A DNA stretch of 64,000 bases, from the NCBI GenBank assembly GCA_036172245.1, contig JAYWIR010000067.1:62001-126000 (forward strand), read 5' to 3'. Under the pieces are notes generated by a model, which saw nothing but the letters and a program-made list of their open reading frames with translations, did not search any database and was not told the DNA's origin. The stretch comes from Raillietiella orientalis. Taxonomy: Eukaryota. The position numbers were made by a program, and so were the translations under genes. Below, piece after piece: positions 63,521 through 64,000 of this stretch. The first letter of the stretch is position 1. Each line of letters starts with the position of its first letter.

Positions 63521-64000
63521 TCGACGTGCTTCCTGTTTTTCCTGCCTGCGTCGCGAGGCAGGACGGAAGGACGGGTGGAAATGAGGTTTTCCAGTTTGCC
63601 CGCGGGGAGCGAAGGTCCTTCGGGAGCGAACCGCGAGGAGCTGCGTCCGCGCGCCCCGCTTCTTGAAGACGAAAACTCGCCGCGGAAGCTGACGGACGTG
63701 ACATCATCGAACGAACCCGCACGAGCATCGCGGACTGCCATTCCGGGAAGGAAATGAAAGAGAGAAAGAGAGAGGCAAAGGGGAAAAGAGGAGGAAGAGG
63801 AGATGCCTTGCTCGTGTGGACCCACTGGTGTCTTCCCGATGCAGCCGCCTCGGTAGCAATTCTAACGAACAAGGGGCTGGGGAGAGAGAGCAACGGGCAA
63901 TCTTCGCCCCGGCGTTTTTTTCGGGCTCCAGGCATCTTCCGCACGGACGGTTCCCGCCTCTCCAGAGCCAGACGTGCGATCCTCGGGGCTGCCAAGCGCC

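Overview
Eukaryotic (invertebrate animal) genomic DNA, not prokaryotic: spliced genes with GT-AG introns, no rRNA, no intact tRNA, no CRISPR. Three recognisable genes, all on the minus strand: the first two coding exons and TATA/CCAAT promoter of an SLC9A Na+/H+ exchanger (5665-5967; the rest apparently lies left of the window), a Chibby gene with an intronless CDS (25320-25712) and a complete six-exon RCL1 (30903-32431). There is also one orphan plus-strand exon (60953-61053). Chibby and RCL1 lie in a sharply bounded AT-rich, visibly CpG-poor island (~25190-34100). The GC-rich remainder is largely a graveyard of decayed L1/Tx1-like LINE fragments (ORF1 knuckles, endonuclease, RT, zf-RVT, 3' ends) plus about nine copies of a long repeat with a tRNA-like head and hairpin-forming internal units, and a piggyBac relic. 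Most long ORFs in the supplied track are spurious GC-rich frames. The most interesting signals are RCL1 sitting between colinear EN and RT halves of an RTE-like LINE relic, near-identical inverted tracts inside old diverged repeats, and the long tRNA-headed SINE-like family. I found no evidence for a wholly new biological system. All homology calls are by eye and repeat boundaries are approximate.
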